Position numbers and translations under genes: made by a program. A stretch of DNA of 61,010 bases from positions 1-61,010 of the forward strand of contig JACVJK010000004.1 of NCBI GenBank assembly GCA_015711955.1, in the 5' to 3' direction. Positions 58,471 through 61,010 of the stretch are shown here, one piece after another; within the stretch, counting starts at the first letter, position 1, and every line of letters starts with the position of its first letter. The notes beneath the pieces were generated by a model, which was not told where the DNA came from, made no database searches, and saw only the letters and a program-made list of their open reading frames with translations. This DNA comes from Actinomycetota bacterium. GTDB taxonomy: Bacteria; Actinomycetota; Geothermincolia; Geothermincolales; RBG-13-55-18.

Positions 58471-58869
58471 TTGTCGGAGTCACGGGAGGAAAGACTCAGG
58501 AAGGCCCTACAAGAATTGATATCCAGATCCGCCGAAGTGGACGCGGCGGCAGTGGTGAGCATGGACGGATTGGTGATGGCCTCTGTCCTTCCCAATACCA
58601 TGGAGGAAGATCGACTGGGAGCCATGTCGGCAGCCCTGCTCAGTCTGGGCGAAAGGACCTCCGAAGAGTTGGGAAGGGGGGAACTCTCCCAGGTGTTCGT
58701 GGAAGGAAAGGATGGGTACGTATTCCTCATGGCTGCTGGCCCGGACGCAGTCTTGACGGCCCTGGTGCGGAAAGGTAGCAAACTCGGCCTGGTCCTGTAT
58801 GACGTCAAAGGAGCGGCCAAGAAGATCGCGGAGATAATAGCCTCCGAATTCAAGATTGAGTACGAATAA
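58471..58869 (+). CDS. Roadblock/LC7 (MglB-like) domain protein, paralogue 3
   Basis: The 132-aa protein reads VDAAAVVSMDGLVMAS ... VFLMAAGPDAVLTALVRKGSKLG. The TTG start follows an AAGGAGG SD. Confidence 0.75.
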   Translation: MSESREERLRKALQELISRSAEVDAAAVVSMDGLVMASVLPNTMEEDRLGAMSAALLSLGERTSEELGRGELSQVFVEGKDGYVFLMAAGPDAVLTALVRKGSKLGLVLYDVKGAAKKIAEIIASEFKIEYE

Positions 58870-59028
58870 ATCGACATAATCTATATGGGAAGGATGGGTT
58901 GCAACGGCCTTCAGGGGATGGTGATATGGGGCAGCGGATCATACCAGGATGTGTACTCCAGATCCGAAGATAGACAAGCAAAAAGATACAAAGTCCAGGG
59001 ATATTCAAGCAAGAAGAGATGATGGGCA

Positions 59029-61010
59029 ATGGCTCTCAAGGGAAGTTTGAGGGATTTCAGCCTCCCGGACCTATTCCAGCTGCTGAATTTCAGCAAAAAG
59101 AACGGCACCCTTAACCTCGTGAGGGGAAATTCTCGAGGCTATATATGCTTCCGCAACGGGGAGGTGTTTTTCGCCACCACCAACTGGAAGCGACAATCCC
59201 TCGGCATGAAGTTGGTGGGGGCCGGACTCATTACCAAGGAACAACTCAACGAGGCCTTGGAGCTGCAGCGTTCTGAGGCCAAAGGTCAGAGGTTGGGACA
59301 GATCTTGGTGCGTCTCGGGTACATCACCCAGGAACAGCTGGAAGTTTTCGTGGAAGAACAGATCCAGGACGCCGTCTTCGAGATGTTGAGATGGACGGAT
59401 GGGGAATTCGAATTCCAACCTGGCGTGGTCTTTCCAGAGGAGGACATTGGCCTCTCCATAAGCACCGAGGAGCTGATAATGGAGGGGTCGCGGCGACTGG
59501 ACGAATGGAACCGCATTGAGAAGAAGATACCTCACTTAGACGTGGTCTTGCGTATGAAATCGATGCAAGGAATGGAGGCGGCCCAGATAAGCCTGACCCC
59601 GGAGGAGTGGATGGTGCTCACCTATGTGGACGGCGAGAGGACGGTCAGACAGATAGTGGAGCTGACCGGCATGAGCACCCTGCAGACCTGTAAGATCCTC
59701 TATGGCTTGATGAGCTCTGGCCTTTTGGAAAACGTGGCTCCAGAGGGGGTAGGACTTGAGTCGGAGAGAAGACTGGAGGAACTGGCGAAACAGCTGGAAA
59801 AGACGGAGGATGAATCAATTGTTGGAGTTCTACAGGGGGATGTGGCGGCTGGGGAAGCAAACGCGCTGTTCACCGATAGGGAGATGGGCCTTACCGAAAG
59901 GGTAGAAAGTCTCCTGAGGGAGCTCGAAAGGCCCTCAAAGGATAGGGGCTCCGGGGAAATGAACGGCGAAGAGATCCCTACCTCCAGGGCTGAGGATGAG
60001 GGGATATTGAGGTGGATTGAGATAAGGGACATACAAGACAAAATCCCCCAGGCCTCTTCCTCTGGTGGTGAGGGAGGGGGAATCGTGACCGCACCCAAAG
60101 AACCGCCGATGTCCTCTGCCCAAAAACCCCCACTGACCGAGGAGGCGGCTTGTGAGGAGAGCGTCGACCGGGCAGGCGAAGAGATCTGGGTGTCTTCCGA
60201 CGAGCCTGTGGAGATCGTGGTGGAAGAGGAAGATGAAGAGATCGTGTCGGTGGAGGAAGTAGACTCAGAAACTAAAGCCGGGATTGGGAGGGAAGAATCC
60301 TCGTCCGTTTCCTGCGAAGTCCAAGGTGGGGTTACGGAGGCTGAGGCGGATTCTATCGCCGTGGAGCGGGGGGACCAAGTTGAGATGGTCCCCGAAGAGA
60401 TGGAAAGGAGGAGGGAAAAGACCGAAGAGCTTATCCGGAAAAGATTCGAGGAGGAGAGGAGAAGGCTAGAGGAGCTCAAGCGGAGGACATTGGCAGAGAC
60501 TCTGGAAGCAACTTCGGTGGTAAACGTCAGTAGGCCCGTGAAGGACAGACCTCAAGATGAGGAACTGGCGGAAACGGTTCAGACGAGGGAATCTGAGATT
60601 TCAGCACCGCATGCAATCGCTGACAGTAGGCCCCCACATGAAGGGGATCTGCTGCACGAAAGCGAGATGGCAAGAAGGGCTAAAATTTCGTATTTGGCAA
60701 AGAAGTACGGAACCAAATGGGAGGAATGGGGCCGTGTCGTTGGCGAGGAAAAACCGCAAGAGGATAGTGCAGCGGGCGACGAGCTTTTAGCAAAGACGGA
60801 AATTGTATCGGCAGCGGATGTTCTTTCCGAAGAAAAGGAAAGAACGGTTCCCTTCCTCGTTTCTTCCCCCGAGGTCCTGGAGTCGGTGATGCTCGAGGAC
60901 CTCAGGGCACCGGAGGAAAGGGTCCCCGAGGAATCCGCCCTGGAGCTCCTGGAAAGGCAGCAAGGAGAGGCTCCGGCTCCTCCTCCCCCCTCCCCCGAGG
61001 TCCTGGAGTC
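59029..61010 (+). CDS. PATAN/DUF4388-domain protein with MshEN-like motifs and a long acidic tail (3'-partial, runs off the window)
   Basis: I translated this frame by hand and found it open from ATG 59029 to the window end (660 codons), which is probably why it is absent from the ORF track. The N-terminus [28 protein letters not shown] is the DUF4388 signature. The minus-strand ORFs 59071-59535 and 59700-60479 are its shadows. Confidence 0.8.
   Translation, partial: MALKGSLRDFSLPDLFQLLNFSKKNGTLNLVRGNSRGYICFRNGEVFFATTNWKRQSLGMKLVGAGLITKEQLNEALELQRSEAKGQRLGQILVRLGYITQEQLEVFVEEQIQDAVFEMLRWTDGEFEFQPGVVFPEEDIGLSISTEELIMEGSRRLDEWNRIEKKIPHLDVVLRMKSMQGMEAAQISLTPEEWMVLTYVDGERTVRQIVELTGMSTLQTCKILYGLMSSGLLENVAPEGVGLESERRLEELAKQLEKTEDESIVGVLQGDVAAGEANALFTDREMGLTERVESLLRELERPSKDRGSGEMNGEEIPTSRAEDEGILRWIEIRDIQDKIPQASSSGGEGGGIVTAPKEPPMSSAQKPPLTEEAACEESVDRAGEEIWVSSDEPVEIVVEEEDEEIVSVEEVDSETKAGIGREESSSVSCEVQGGVTEAEADSIAVERGDQVEMVPEEMERRREKTEELIRKRFEEERRRLEELKRRTLAETLEATSVVNVSRPVKDRPQDEELAETVQTRESEISAPHAIADSRPPHEGDLLHESEMARRAKISYLAKKYGTKWEEWGRVVGEEKPQEDSAAGDELLAKTEIVSAADVLSEEKERTVPFLVSSPEVLESVMLEDLRAPEERVPEESALELLERQQGEAPAPPPPSPEVLE

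Noticed and set aside
59700-60479. A 259-aa Ser-rich minus-strand ORF, together with the 154-aa ORF at 59071-59535.
   Set aside because: Both are antisense shadows of the GAA/GAG-rich plus-strand PATAN/DUF4388 gene, whose N-terminal domain signature is unambiguous.
1-61010. I searched by eye for rRNA, tRNA (GGTTCGAATCC-type T-arms), tmRNA, RNase P, CRISPR repeats, IS inverted repeats, and integrase/transposase genes.
   Set aside because: I found none. Covariance-model and repeat-finder scans would be needed to exclude small or divergent RNAs, especially in the gaps at 16.8-18.0, 19.5-20.5, 39.9-40.4 and 47.2-47.9 kb.

Overview
This is a 61-kb, almost entirely plus-strand stretch of housekeeping backbone. 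Its gene order is the classic actinobacterial one. The first block runs comM-dprA-xerC-whiG-rpsB-tsf-pyrH-frr-cdsA-dxr-rseP-ispG-proS. The second block runs pgsA-acyltransferase-pimA, then pdxS-pdxT-yebC-ruvCAB-(queH-queA-tgt)-yajC-secDF-relA-dtd-hisS-aspS-rarA-iscU-alaS-ruvX-mltG. From this collinearity with Mycobacterium and Streptomyces, the frequent GTG/TTG starts with strong GGAGG Shine-Dalgarno (SD) sites, and the phosphatidylinositol/PIM genes, I infer a moderately GC-rich, probably deep-branching and anaerobic member of the Actinomycetota.

Two patches break the backbone.

(1) 16.8-23.6 kb: a roughly 6.8-kb segment encoded on the minus strand splits the pgsA-acyltransferase-pimA operon. 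It carries an acyl-CoA ligase, a sodium:solute symporter and an internally duplicated V4R-like CxxC protein, plus two coding deserts. Its right edge is marked by a perfect 94-bp direct repeat of the pimA 5' coding region.

(2) 54.4-61.0 kb: a tight co-directional cluster follows mltG. It encodes a V4R protein, a [NiFe]-hydrogenase-like small/large subunit pair whose large subunit has a degenerate active-site signature, a 2x[4Fe-4S] ferredoxin and three tandem Roadblock/LC7 paralogues. It ends with a PATAN/DUF4388 protein that runs off the window and is absent from the supplied ORF track. That protein carries tandem MshEN-like (possible c-di-GMP-binding) motifs. This second patch is my best candidate for an undescribed redox/gas-sensing switch module.

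I found no rRNA, tRNA, CRISPR array, transposase or integrase by eye. All domain calls rest on motif recognition in the translated ORFs, not on database searches.
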